Shown here piece after piece: positions 46,693-56,878 of a stretch of 64,000 nt of DNA. A program made the translations under genes and the position numbers. This stretch comes from Rubripirellula sp. (GTDB lineage: Bacteria; Planctomycetota; Planctomycetia; Pirellulales; Pirellulaceae). Numbering within the stretch: the first letter of the stretch is position 1; every line of letters begins with the position of its first letter. The notes below the pieces were generated by a model. The model saw nothing but the letters and a program-made list of their open reading frames with translations, searched no databases and had not been told where the DNA came from. Location: contig OZ244207.1 in NCBI GenBank assembly GCA_965216875.1, forward strand, positions 4,672,001-4,736,000, given 5' to 3'.

Positions 46693-47946
46693 CTACCGGC
46701 GCCGACGCGAAACCTTGCGGAACATTGGATTGAGCTTTTTCTTTGTCGTCTTTTCGCCATCGTCGCTCGGAGCGGGCTGGACTGGCGCGGGAACGGACTC
46801 AAACCCGTCGATTGAGTCGCGGACGAGTTCGCGATTGATTCGCTGTTCAATACTCGTCAAGACTTCACCTTCGCCCGGGACGACGAACGTGAATGCAATT
46901 CCTTCGCGCCCCATTCGTCCGGTCCGCCCGACGCGGTGCACATAGTCGTCGCAGTCCTGCGGAACGTCGTAGTTGATGATGTGCGAAATCGTGCTGATGT
47001 CGATCCCACGTCCCACCACATCGGTTGCGACCAAGATCTTGAGTTTTCGATCGCGAAGTTTCTGTAGCACGCGATCACGTTCGCGCTGCTGCATGTCGCC
47101 ATGCATGCTGCCACAGTTGTCGTAGGTGTGCGACAACTGACGATACAGTCGGTCGGTCCCACGCTTGGTTCGGCAAAAGATGATCGCTTGCTCGGGTTGC
47201 TCACGTTCAAGCAGGTGATCGAGCAACTCGCCCTTACGATCCTGGGCAACGGTAAAGTAGCGTTGCTCGATCGTTTCGACTGCCATTTCGTTCTTGCAGC
47301 AATCGATCACTTCTGGATTCATCATGTACGATTCAGCCAACCGGCGGACTTGCGGCGGCAGCGTTGCCGAAAGCAGCAACGTTTGTCGCTGACGCGGGCA
47401 ACGGCGCAGGATGCGTTCGATCTGAGGCCGGAAACCGATATCGAGCATTCGGTCCGCCTCATCGAGTACAACGCACCAAACGTCGTCGGTCCGCAATGAG
47501 CCTCGTTGCAGATGGTCTTGCAGACGTCCTGGCGTCCCGACAACCATCTGGACGCCGTTATTAAGTTGTCGAAGCTGGCGCGTGATGTTCTTGCCACCGG
47601 CAAGCACAGCGATCTCCGTCGAAACTCCCACCGCAAGTCGTTCAGCTTCTCGCCCAACTTGGTCGGCAAGTTCGCGCGTCGGAACCACAACGATTGCCTG
47701 GGGATCCCGACAGTCCTCGAGCGAATCGAGCTGCTCTAGAATCGGAATCGAAAAGGCTGCTGTCTTTCCTGTTCCTGTCCTGGCTTGGCCAATCACATCA
47801 AGGCCATCGAGGGCCAGCGGAATCAGGCTGGCTTGAATCGGCGAAGGCTTGGAGAATCCAGCCTTCTTGAGGGCGCGTCGCATGACGGGAGAGAGATCCA
47901 GTTCGTCAAACGACTCCATACTCAGGTCTTGGTCATCTTTATTCAT
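46693..47946 (-). CDS. DEAD-box RNA helicase
   Basis: Q motif PSPIQ, ARTGTGKT, PTRELA, DEAD, SAT, RGID and HRVGRTGR. Confidence 0.96.
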   Translation of the reverse strand: MNKDDQDLSMESFDELDLSPVMRRALKKAGFSKPSPIQASLIPLALDGLDVIGQARTGTGKTAAFSIPILEQLDSLEDCRDPQAIVVVPTRELADQVGREAERLAVGVSTEIAVLAGGKNITRQLRQLNNGVQMVVGTPGRLQDHLQRGSLRTDDVWCVVLDEADRMLDIGFRPQIERILRRCPRQRQTLLLSATLPPQVRRLAESYMMNPEVIDCCKNEMAVETIEQRYFTVAQDRKGELLDHLLEREQPEQAIIFCRTKRGTDRLYRQLSHTYDNCGSMHGDMQQRERDRVLQKLRDRKLKILVATDVVGRGIDISTISHIINYDVPQDCDDYVHRVGRTGRMGREGIAFTFVVPGEGEVLTSIEQRINRELVRDSIDGFESVPAPVQPAPSDDGEKTTKKKLNPMFRKVSRRRR

Positions 47947-48077
47947 GCCGGGAAGTGTAACGCCTGGCCCCATTTCGGGCCATCACCGCCGAAATGTTCT
48001 CGCCATCGAGGTGTCGCCGCCAGTCGCACCGCCGGTGTCGTAGCCACTTTCGCCTGAAGGTGGTTCGCCGATCGCCA

Positions 48078-48107
48078 CCCGTCCCACAATCGCCCGTCCC
48101 ACAATCG
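48078..48107. repeat. 15-bp perfect tandem duplication
   Basis: CCCGTCCCACAATCG twice, intergenic. Confidence 0.7.
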
Positions 48108-48163
48108 ACGTGCGTCGCTACGGTGACCAGCCCCCTATCACAGCTCCGGTTCCGTCAGATGCG

Positions 48164-49462
48164 TCAACTCTCGGCGGTTTTCCGCGAACGTTCTTTCACG
48201 ACGCTGATCAGCTCGTCGACCAAAACGCTCAAAAGCAACGCGCCACCGATGATCACAAGCTCCCATTCCTGGGAAATTCCCAGCATGTTGATTGCCTTGT
48301 AGAGACTACGCATAACCGCAGTTCCTGCCAGGACGCCGATCACCGCACCGCGGCCACCGCGAAGCGAGCATCCCCCCAGAACGGCCGCTGCAATCGCGTA
48401 GAGTTCGTAAAACGTCCCCGTCGAAGAAGGTTGGACGACGTTCAAATCGAGCGTGAAGAGGATCCCGACCAAACCAGCCAGGACCGCGCTGACAACATAG
48501 GCAAGCGTGGTCAACCCGGCAGTATTCACTCCGCTATAGCGTGCCGCCTGCTCGTTTTCTCCTGTGGCGAGTAGATGACGTCCCCAGACGGTCCGATTGA
48601 GAAAGAACCAGCCGCAGACTGTGACAAGCCCCAACAGAACTCCGATGACCGGAAAATCGATCCACACCAGATCGAATGGCCCCTCGGTCTCCCCCGACGC
48701 GTAGCCGATCAACGGGAGTGGGAATTCGAAGGCCGCGCCGGTCCAGAATGCCTTGAATTCAGCCAGGTGGTTTTCGAAACCATATTGTTTTTCACCCGTC
48801 CAGACGCGTGCCACGCCTCGGTAGATCAATAGACCACAGAGAGTCACGACAAACGGCTGAAGCCGCGCGTAGGTGATCAGGATTCCGTGCAGCCAACCGA
48901 TCAACGCCGAAAACACCAACACGGCCAAACAGGCCAACCATGGGTTGGTGTAGAGCGTCTTGACATGGCTGACCGCCATCCCAGGTTTGAGTTGCCGCAC
49001 CGATTCGGCCGACTCAATCCAAACTTGGCCGTCCGATTCCACCGTACCGATCACGTTCAGCGATGCCGCCTTGTGCATTCCTTCGTAAGCCAGCTGGTCT
49101 CCAGGCGCAATGTCGGGCGGTATCTCTTTAAGACGAACGACATCCTCTTCAAAGGGGTCCTCCTTCGACTCGGATGCGCGGACAACCTGGACAATTTCAC
49201 TTTGAAACCCAGTCGGCTCATGCCGGATGTTGACCACGGCGACCAACATGACGCCCGAGAGCGCGATCAACGATCCGATGGAAAGATCGATTCCACCGGT
49301 GATGATCACGACGGCAACGCCAATCGAGATCAGCCCATAAAAACTGGTATCGCGAATCAGTGTCTTGATGTTCGCCGCCGACACGAAGCTGCCGTTAAAC
49401 GCAGTGACTCCGATCACGATCGCGATCAACAATAAGAAGATGCCGATGTTCTTCAGTTGCAC
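48164..49462 (-). CDS. Monosaccharide ABC permease (RbsC-like) with inserted soluble domain
   Basis: GGIDLSIGS, PFVVTL, G.NEQAARYSGVN and ELYAIAAAVLGG. Confidence 0.92.
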   Translation of the reverse strand: MQLKNIGIFLLLIAIVIGVTAFNGSFVSAANIKTLIRDTSFYGLISIGVAVVIITGGIDLSIGSLIALSGVMLVAVVNIRHEPTGFQSEIVQVVRASESKEDPFEEDVVRLKEIPPDIAPGDQLAYEGMHKAASLNVIGTVESDGQVWIESAESVRQLKPGMAVSHVKTLYTNPWLACLAVLVFSALIGWLHGILITYARLQPFVVTLCGLLIYRGVARVWTGEKQYGFENHLAEFKAFWTGAAFEFPLPLIGYASGETEGPFDLVWIDFPVIGVLLGLVTVCGWFFLNRTVWGRHLLATGENEQAARYSGVNTAGLTTLAYVVSAVLAGLVGILFTLDLNVVQPSSTGTFYELYAIAAAVLGGCSLRGGRGAVIGVLAGTAVMRSLYKAINMLGISQEWELVIIGGALLLSVLVDELISVVKERSRKTAES

Positions 49463-49531
49463 GTTTCAATTCCCATGGGCTGGATCGACGCATGATTGTG
49501 GTGCCGTCGATCGCATTTCTGATTGAGCGAC

Positions 49532-51073
49532 TCAAGCGTCGGTTGACGACTCCATGCCAACGGCAAGACGCATGATTGCTTCTTCATTCAACTCATCCGC
49601 ACTTAATTCACCGGAAATCCGATTGTCGTGCATCACCAGCACTCGATCCGCCAAGGCGAGCACTTCCTCCATCTCGCTACTGACAAACAGAATCGCCAAT
49701 CCTTCGCTTGAAAGTCGATCCAGCAGGTTATAGATCTCTTGCTTGGCGCCAACGTCCACGCCGCGCGTTGGTTCATCCAACATCAACACGGTTGGCTTGC
49801 GTACCAGCCACTTGCCCAACGCAATCTTCTGTTGGTTTCCGCCCGAGAGATTGGCAATGGTGGTTTGCTGCGAAGCCGTTTTGACTGACAGACTCTCGAT
49901 CATCTCGGCGGTCGTTTCTCGTTGCCATTTCGGATCGAGCCACGGAGCCGAATTGGCGTCTGACATCGCTGCAACGGTCGCGTTTTCGCGCACGGTCGAT
50001 TCGATCAACAATCCTGTTTGTTTGCGATCCTCGGGCACGAGCCCAAGTCCCGCCGAGATTGCGGCGCGGCAACGTCCAATCGGTAACGCTTGGCCGTTCA
50101 CCTTGATCGTTCCAGTGGCTGGATGCCGAATGCCAAAAATCGACTCCAGCAATTCGCTGCGACCCGATCCAACCAATCCGGCGATCCCAACAACCTCGCC
50201 CGCTCTCAGTTCCAGATCGATGGGCGCCGAGTCGTGTTCGATTCGCAAGTCCGAAACGCTCAACCGTAAATCGCCAACTTGCTGCGGCTCACGCTGATAC
50301 AACCGATCGACGTCTCTTCCCACCATCGCCGAGACCATGGCGTCGTGGTTGATTTGGTCGCCCAAGAGTTGTCCGGCGTTGCAACCGTCACGCAGGACCT
50401 CGACGCGCTGACACAGCCGGACGATCTCGCCAAGACGGTGCGAGATATAAACCACGCTGACATTGTCTTGCTTCAAAGAGTCGACAACCTCAAAAAGCTG
50501 TTCCGCCTCTCGAGTACTCAAACTGCTTGTCGGTTCATCCATGATGATGACCGACGCGTTGGTCGAGAGTGCTTTGGCAACTTCGACCAACTGACGAGCC
50601 GCGGTGGGCAACGTCCCCAATTCGGTTTGCGGTGCAATGTTGAGCCCAACTCGCGTCAGGTGTTTCGAGGCTTGCTCGGCCATTTGACGGCGGTCGACGA
50701 AACCGAAACGACTTGGCTCGCGACCGAGAAAAACGTTTTCCGCAACGCTTAGATGCTCGTGCAGATTGAGCTCTTGATGAATCAACGCGATCCCTGCCGA
50801 CATGGCTGCGTTCGGATTCGAAAAACGAACTTCTTGACCGTCGACGACAAGGGTGCCGGAGTCTGGACCTTGGATGCCGGCCAAGATCTTCATTAACGTG
50901 CTTTTGCCGGCACCATTTTCGCCAATCAACCCGAGGGTTTCGCCCGGCATCACCTGCAGGGAAACATTGTCGAGTGCCAACACGCCAGGAAAACGCTTGG
51001 TGATGCTCTGCACTTGCAAACGCGCGCCGCGGTCAGTCGAGTCAGACGGCGATGCGGTCGAGGCTGCGGACAT
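49532..51073 (-). CDS. Monosaccharide ABC ATP-binding protein (RbsA-like)
   Basis: Tandem ATPase: GENGAGKST, DEPTSSL, LSGGNQQK and DEPTRGVDVGAK. Confidence 0.95.
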   Translation of the reverse strand: MSAASTASPSDSTDRGARLQVQSITKRFPGVLALDNVSLQVMPGETLGLIGENGAGKSTLMKILAGIQGPDSGTLVVDGQEVRFSNPNAAMSAGIALIHQELNLHEHLSVAENVFLGREPSRFGFVDRRQMAEQASKHLTRVGLNIAPQTELGTLPTAARQLVEVAKALSTNASVIIMDEPTSSLSTREAEQLFEVVDSLKQDNVSVVYISHRLGEIVRLCQRVEVLRDGCNAGQLLGDQINHDAMVSAMVGRDVDRLYQREPQQVGDLRLSVSDLRIEHDSAPIDLELRAGEVVGIAGLVGSGRSELLESIFGIRHPATGTIKVNGQALPIGRCRAAISAGLGLVPEDRKQTGLLIESTVRENATVAAMSDANSAPWLDPKWQRETTAEMIESLSVKTASQQTTIANLSGGNQQKIALGKWLVRKPTVLMLDEPTRGVDVGAKQEIYNLLDRLSSEGLAILFVSSEMEEVLALADRVLVMHDNRISGELSADELNEEAIMRLAVGMESSTDA

Positions 51074-51421
51074 GCGTGGAAAGGATTCCGGGTCGGGCAA
51101 AGTGTGACGAGCGTGAGGATTCGCACGGCTGGGCGACGGTCGTGGCCAGGAAACTCAAAAGGGGTGTCAGCTGCCAAACGAACCGTCAGCGAGCGGGCCA
51201 GACAGTCTAACTCGATCGATTGGCAATGGATATGTCGCGGCACCCGACGGGCTGCACCCCACGATGGCCCCGTCATGACCGTCACAGGAGGCATGTTGCG
51301 TCACCATCAGCATGATTTGCAACGGCTGGATCGACATTTCATAGGAGCTTGCCTGTGCCTTAGACGATCTGGATCACGAGGTATTGCGCCGCAATCCAAC
51401 CATCCACCGGTGGAGAAACCC

Positions 51422-52855
51422 GTGACTCAATCGACCACCCACAGCAAGCATCCCGCCACGACCCCATCACGGCGTCAATCGAGCGTGGCCACGTCGACCG
51501 ATGCCGCTGCGCGAATCATCAGTGAAACCGCGCACGACCTTCGCAGCCCGATCACTGCCGTTCGAGAATCGATTCGCTTGGTCTATGACGGTGAGCTTGG
51601 TGAGATCAACCGCGACCAACAGACGCTGCTCGCTGATGCGATTGGGCAATGTGATTGCATGGACCAGATGGTTGGCGACATGGTTCAACTCGATCGTTTG
51701 CGGAACGGTTTACCCCGGGTGCGGCGCCGCTGGGTCAAGATCGACGAGATCCGCCAGTCCATCGATGAAACACTTCGTCCCTGGGCATTGCCGCGACGCA
51801 TCCGCGTCGTTTGGGACGCCAAGTTCGACGACACGCCACAAGTCTTTTGCGATCCGATGGCATTGCGTCGATTGGTTGTGAACCTCGTGACCAACGCAAT
51901 CCGAGTCACTCCAGATGGCGGGCGCGTCCTGGTCGAGCTTCGTCGATCGCGATCGGGCGAGGCGATTCAATGGCGAGTGATTGATCGGGGCATCGGTATT
52001 ACCGAAGCCGAAATGCGACATCTGGCTGACAACCAAGCCAGCAACAGCGGCGGAGAAGGCCTCGGCCTGATGATCTGCCGCCAACTCGCTGCACTGCACG
52101 CTTCCAAACTCAAAATCCGGTCTCGTGTCAGCGTCGGAACGGAAGTCAGTTTTGAAACCGCCTCCGGCGGTCCCGGCGCCGTTGCCTCGTGTTGGTCGCG
52201 TTGGCGAAGCACGTTCCGTCGTACGCCCCAACAGGTTCGATCGAGAACAGCCAATCCTGATCAACGACTTGAAGGCCCCCGCATCGACCCCGCTCAAATC
52301 GCGCGCATTCAACACCCGGTCACGGCCGAGCTAACCGATTGTCGGCACACGCCACGATCCGAGACCATGATGACCGTCGGCATGGTCACACTCGGTGCAG
52401 CGATGTCGCGTGAAGCAACCGACCAGTTTGATGCAGCCCTTCAACATCAGCTGCAGATGTTTGATCTCGCCTACCGCATCGACCTGCGTCATTGGGTTTG
52501 GGTTTTGGACGCCGATTCGACCAGCGTGCAAATGCGAATCGAAGGCATCGACGCAGCGATCGCCCAGCAAATGCCGAACGTACGTGCCAGTTGGGGTCAC
52601 CCCAAAACGCTCGCGATCGGAACCAGCCGTTCCGTTGCCCAATTGACCGACCTGTTGGTTCGCCAATCGCTTTCGGCATCGGCACTAAGCAATGTCGTTG
52701 ACGCGGACTCGGTTCGGCTTGGGACTTCACCGATCGAAGCATCGAAGGTCCCCGCCAATCGTCTGGAAGCCGAAGCAAAGCGACTCGCCTCGGTTTGGCG
52801 TGGCCAAGCGTCGGTGATGCGTCAACACGCACAACGGCTACGCCCCGTGAGCTAA
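51422..52855 (+). CDS. Cytoplasmic histidine kinase without an N-terminal sensor
   Basis: AHDLRSP, NLVTNAI, DRGIGI and GEGLGL. GTG start 51422 follows GGAGA; the upstream ORF extension is probably non-coding. Confidence 0.85.
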   Translation: MTQSTTHSKHPATTPSRRQSSVATSTDAAARIISETAHDLRSPITAVRESIRLVYDGELGEINRDQQTLLADAIGQCDCMDQMVGDMVQLDRLRNGLPRVRRRWVKIDEIRQSIDETLRPWALPRRIRVVWDAKFDDTPQVFCDPMALRRLVVNLVTNAIRVTPDGGRVLVELRRSRSGEAIQWRVIDRGIGITEAEMRHLADNQASNSGGEGLGLMICRQLAALHASKLKIRSRVSVGTEVSFETASGGPGAVASCWSRWRSTFRRTPQQVRSRTANPDQRLEGPRIDPAQIARIQHPVTAELTDCRHTPRSETMMTVGMVTLGAAMSREATDQFDAALQHQLQMFDLAYRIDLRHWVWVLDADSTSVQMRIEGIDAAIAQQMPNVRASWGHPKTLAIGTSRSVAQLTDLLVRQSLSASALSNVVDADSVRLGTSPIEASKVPANRLEAEAKRLASVWRGQASVMRQHAQRLRPVS

Positions 52856-52957
52856 AGCTTCGTAGCTGCGCTGGCCAGTTCGTAGTACCGAGCTTCAAGA
52901 GCGTGTTGGGCCCGACGCTAGCGCGTGCGGCTCACGGGCGTAGCGCGCTCGGCTCAC
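52849..52957. repeat. REP cluster
   Basis: CGTAGTACCGAGCTT, GGGCCCGACGCTAGCGCGTGCGGCTCAC and TAGCGCGCTCGGCTCAC. Confidence 0.75.
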
Positions 52958-52995
52958 AAAAAAAGCCGCGGAACTCATTTGAGTCTCGCGGCTTT
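52958..52995 (-). terminator. Intrinsic terminator for 53019-54518
   Basis: A7-GCCGCG..ACTC-ATTT-GAGT..CGCGGC-TTT. Confidence 0.75.
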
Positions 52996-53018
52996 GTGTT
53001 GGATTCAGTGAAGTCGGA

Positions 53019-54518
53019 TCATGGAGGAAGGATCTTATTATCCTTTTGAATTCCCTCGTCAGACTCGGTGTGGTGTCTCGGCAACTGCGTCGGCATCCGT
53101 GACTGTTTGTTGGGCAAACGGTCGGGCTGGAAGTCCTCGGCACGCGCCGCTGAACCAAGTGGCGTGGTCAACGAGTTATCCATGATCTTCAAGTAGTTTT
53201 GCAGCTTCCACGCGGGGATGATGGTCAAGCCCTTCTCGGTTGCCTCGGCCTTGACAACACCGATCGCCTTGATGGATTGAGCCAATCGATCGGCTGCTGC
53301 GAGGTCGACGTCGTCTGCAAGCTCAGGTGGCTCGCCAACAACGAGGAAGCGAATGGTCGGGTCGAGTTTTCCAGTGATTTGACCGGTCGCGGAGACCTCT
53401 GCGGCAACCTCGGCACCAGCGGCAAGGATCATGCCTTTGATTGCTGAATTGTCTGGACGGCCATCTCCATCGATGTCGATGTCGCCGGCCAACGCAATCT
53501 TCACACGACGTCCTGGAGCCCAGAACGGCGAATAGATGAAGTCACCTGGAATGATCGGGTGCTCGATTTCGGGGCGAGCCACCACGCGAGCTTCGGCCAA
53601 GTGATCACCACGGATTTGAGTGACTTGAATGGTGGCTTTGACCTTGGCATCTTGCAGCCGAGTTTCGTCGCCATCGATGACGCCAAAGGTGACACCGGTG
53701 CGAAGATCATCGGCACTGCCCAAGTTGATCGTGACCACGTGGCCTTCGTGATAGACGTAGCGAATCTCGCCTTGGGTGGTTTCGAAGCGATCGTTTTGAA
53801 GTTCGTTCAGGCGAATCTTCTGAGTATCGATCGTGCCTTGCAACTTCTCGGCGTGACGGGAAAGTGTGTCTTTTTCTTTCGATGCTTGAGCTCGGAACGC
53901 GTCGTATTCCTTCACCTTCTTGGTCAAGGCGTCACGGGTCTGTTCCTTCTCGAGATTGATCTGGTCGCGGTATTGAGCAAACTGCTTCGTTTCCTCGTCA
54001 AGCTTCTTTTCCGCTTCCGTTTGTTTCGTTTCGGCAGCATCCTTTGCTTGGATCGCGGCGTCGACATCGGCGTTGGCATCGTCACGCACTTTCACCACTT
54101 CGTCGCGTGCCGCGTTGACCGATTCGTTCTTCAAGCGAATCGTACGGACGAAGAACTCAGGAAATGCCTTGTAGTTTCGATTCTGGTCGCCAACATCACC
54201 CAAATAAGCCATGTCCTTGACGTACTGGGATTCAATCTCGGCCATTTGCGGATCAGCACTCACCGACTCCTTCATTCGCTCGAATTCAGCTTCGGTCAAA
54301 CCACCAAAACCAATCATCGCTTTGAGGAGGGTCACCTGGCCCTCGAGGGTTTGCAACTCGTTGTTTGCATTCTGCAGATCGGTTTTTGCCTTCGCTTCGG
54401 TTTCCGCAGCGCGGTCGCCCCACATCCAGAGCATTGCGTTGAGAGCGATCGAAAGGACCAAAAAGATCATGCAGGCAATCAAACTGCCGCGGATCACTGA
54501 GTCGTCACGGACTGCCAT
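53019..54518 (-). CDS. Membrane-anchored coiled-coil hypothetical protein (Planctomycete type)
   Basis: N-terminal TM, long coiled coil, then INLGSADDLRTGVTF beta domain and a DIDGDG motif. Confidence 0.75.
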   Translation of the reverse strand: MAVRDDSVIRGSLIACMIFLVLSIALNAMLWMWGDRAAETEAKAKTDLQNANNELQTLEGQVTLLKAMIGFGGLTEAEFERMKESVSADPQMAEIESQYVKDMAYLGDVGDQNRNYKAFPEFFVRTIRLKNESVNAARDEVVKVRDDANADVDAAIQAKDAAETKQTEAEKKLDEETKQFAQYRDQINLEKEQTRDALTKKVKEYDAFRAQASKEKDTLSRHAEKLQGTIDTQKIRLNELQNDRFETTQGEIRYVYHEGHVVTINLGSADDLRTGVTFGVIDGDETRLQDAKVKATIQVTQIRGDHLAEARVVARPEIEHPIIPGDFIYSPFWAPGRRVKIALAGDIDIDGDGRPDNSAIKGMILAAGAEVAAEVSATGQITGKLDPTIRFLVVGEPPELADDVDLAAADRLAQSIKAIGVVKAEATEKGLTIIPAWKLQNYLKIMDNSLTTPLGSAARAEDFQPDRLPNKQSRMPTQLPRHHTESDEGIQKDNKILPP

Positions 54519-55118
54519 GTTCGAGCCGTTAAGGGGAATTGGGTCACGAGAAAGTGGGAAAAGCGGGGCTTTAGGCCGCCGGTACAGCCTATACAGAGAC
54601 TGACGTTATTCTACTATCAAGCGAACAAAATGATCGGCAGGCCAGGGAATTTCTATCTCTTTTGCCGGTTATCCCCATCTTGACAGCAACGAATACCTGA
54701 GCTGCCCCCATTTTCCAGAGGGATTCGCCCACAGCCGAGGGCTGCAGACTTCAATGTGGTTCCACGGATCGCCCCAGTGAGCCCCGATTGCGTAACTGGC
54801 GGCTCACCTGCTCGTCCCGCTATTGTCGCCTCGCTCGCCCAATTGGACCGAAAGTGTGAAGATTCCGGCTGAGAAGGGGCAACGGACGGACGGACACTCA
54901 TTTTCCGCGCTCTGATTGTGCCACAAATTGGCCCGAAACCTTCCCTAGACAGAGTGGTTATTATGAGTGGACCTACCAATGAACGCAGATCCACTGCGAA
55001 AACACCAACGAGGGGAATCGGCCCTGCCCGAACACCACCCCCTCGGTCTGGGTAATACGAGACAGAAAACAAACATGGCGGCCGACCGCCCAACCTTCAC
55101 AAACCGATAGCTGGAAAC

Positions 55119-55577
55119 ATGCATCAGCGCCGAAATTCACATCGCTCCAACCTCAACACCTGTGCGGACCGTCCTTCGCACTGCCGTGCTCGGTCTGGTT
55201 TCACTCTGCTCGAACTCCTGCTCGTCTTGTCGATCCTTGTTGTGATTGGCGGAATCGCGATGGTGAACTTGGGCACCGCCTCTAACGATGCCAAGAATGA
55301 CGCGACTCGGGCTCAGATCAAGCAGATTGAGGACTCGATCAGCTACTACAAGATTCGCATGGGCTCACTTCCGGACAGCCTCGAAGCGCTTCGCGACGGA
55401 CCAAGCGATTCGGCCAAGAAAGCGAAATGGACGGGCCCCATCATGGACGACGTGCCAAAGGATGCTTGGGAACAAGACTTCCAGTACTCCCTCAACGGCA
55501 ACTCCTACGAGATTCGAAGTGGTGGTGTTGATGGCCAAATCAACACGGACGACGACATCACGGCCGAAGGATCCTGA
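55119..55577 (+). CDS. gspG: Major pseudopilin GspG-like
   Basis: GFTLLELLLVL prepilin site; W.GP....P.DAW...Y......YEIRS.G.DG...T.DDI. Confidence 0.88.
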   Translation: MHQRRNSHRSNLNTCADRPSHCRARSGFTLLELLLVLSILVVIGGIAMVNLGTASNDAKNDATRAQIKQIEDSISYYKIRMGSLPDSLEALRDGPSDSAKKAKWTGPIMDDVPKDAWEQDFQYSLNGNSYEIRSGGVDGQINTDDDITAEGS

Positions 55578-55664
55578 TTCCTTCTCGCAGCCTCGCCAAG
55601 CGGGGCGAATGCAGCAGAGATCGCTCCGCCTAAGTTAAGGGAAAGGAGCAAGGCGCGCGGGGAT

Positions 55665-56384
55665 TTGGCCGCCGGCTCGTTCGGCGAAGGACATGCCACT
55701 TTGCACAATCGACCAGCTTGCCAATGGCAAGCTGGTTCGTTTGATTCATCCACCCCAACCGAGACCCATCGCGTGCTCGCTTCTGGTCGCAACGGATTTA
55801 CGCTACTCGAATTGCTGCTGGTACTGGCCGTACTGGCTGCGGTTGCGTCAATCGTGCTGCCTCAGACAGGCATTTTGTTGGGCGACCGCCAGTTGGTCCG
55901 AAGTGGCGAAATCGTGCGTATCGAATTGACGCGGTTGCGCGTCGACGCGATGCGACAAGGTCGCGTGATGATCTTCCAAGGCGAACTCGAAGGCAACTCG
56001 TTCGAAATCAAACCGTTCCAGTCTTTTTCAGATGCGACGGAATCGATGGAACAGGTTGGTTCGCAATCGGCGTTGTTGACCGGCGCGTCTCAAGCACTCG
56101 CGGTCGCCCCGCAAGGTTCCAGCACCACTCGGAACGTCCCGCTTACCGAAGGCGTGACGATTGAATCGGTCGCTACCGTCTCGGCCGCCCGCGCCTTTGA
56201 GATTCAGCAGTCGACCGAGGCAGCGACCCAAACCGGCAACCTCAGTCAGCCGATTCTGTTCTACCCCGACGGTTCGACAAGCACAGCCGCGGTCACGCTC
56301 AAACATGAGACGATGGGACGCATCGTCGTCAAGCTACGCGGCATCACGGGCGACGCGACCGTAAGCGAGGTGCTGCCGCTATGA
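55665..56384 (+). CDS. Minor pseudopilin (GspH-like); start uncertain
   Basis: GFTLLELLLVLAVL and ILFYPDG motif. Confidence 0.8.
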   Translation: MAAGSFGEGHATLHNRPACQWQAGSFDSSTPTETHRVLASGRNGFTLLELLLVLAVLAAVASIVLPQTGILLGDRQLVRSGEIVRIELTRLRVDAMRQGRVMIFQGELEGNSFEIKPFQSFSDATESMEQVGSQSALLTGASQALAVAPQGSSTTRNVPLTEGVTIESVATVSAARAFEIQQSTEAATQTGNLSQPILFYPDGSTSTAAVTLKHETMGRIVVKLRGITGDATVSEVLPL

Positions 56385-56878
56385 GGCTCTCGACAGATCA
56401 TCGAGTTCGCAGACAGCGGCGTGGTTTTTCGCTCTTGGAAATCCTGCTCGCCTTGGCGATTCTGGGCAGCTCCCTCGCGATCCTCAGCACGATCGTTTCG
56501 CGCGGCGCCAATGCGGGCTTGGTCGCGCGCGACTTGGCGATCGCAAGAATCCTCTGCCAAACAAAAATGGCCGAGGTGATGCTTGATGCAACCGGCGGCG
56601 TCTCACCCACCTCGTCACCTGCCGCTCCGATTCAATCGTTCGATTCCGATTCGTTCACAGCTTTCACGCAAACGGTTGAAGTGAGCCCAGCCCCCATGGA
56701 TGGCCTCTTGATGGTGAAGGTCACGATTGAAGGACTCGATTCGGAATCGGGTGCCGTTCGCGCACGACATGCACTGTCTCGCTGGATGATTGACCCGCTA
56801 CTCGGTTTGGAAGCGGCCGAGGTCGAGGAGCAGCTGGCACGGGAACAAGCATCCTCAGCGGCGGAGGGTGAAGGCTAA
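56381..56878 (+). CDS. Minor pseudopilin (GspI-like)
   Basis: RRGFSLLEILLALAIL; overlapping start/stop. Confidence 0.8.
   Translation: MRLSTDHRVRRQRRGFSLLEILLALAILGSSLAILSTIVSRGANAGLVARDLAIARILCQTKMAEVMLDATGGVSPTSSPAAPIQSFDSDSFTAFTQTVEVSPAPMDGLLMVKVTIEGLDSESGAVRARHALSRWMIDPLLGLEAAEVEEQLAREQASSAAEGEG

Noticed and set aside
51014..51421. N-terminal 136 aa of the 613-aa kinase ORF
   Set aside because: Overlaps the divergent ATPase start and promoter region; a better start with RBS exists at 51422.
53559..54500. 313-aa + strand ORF (and similar antisense ORFs, e.g. 60341-61144, 42096-42860, 5673-6371)
   Set aside because: Antisense shadows of well-supported genes in GC-rich DNA.
54519..55118. 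RNA gene or riboswitch in the 600-bp divergent gap before gspG
   Set aside because: No convincing stems or known motif recognised; likely promoter DNA.
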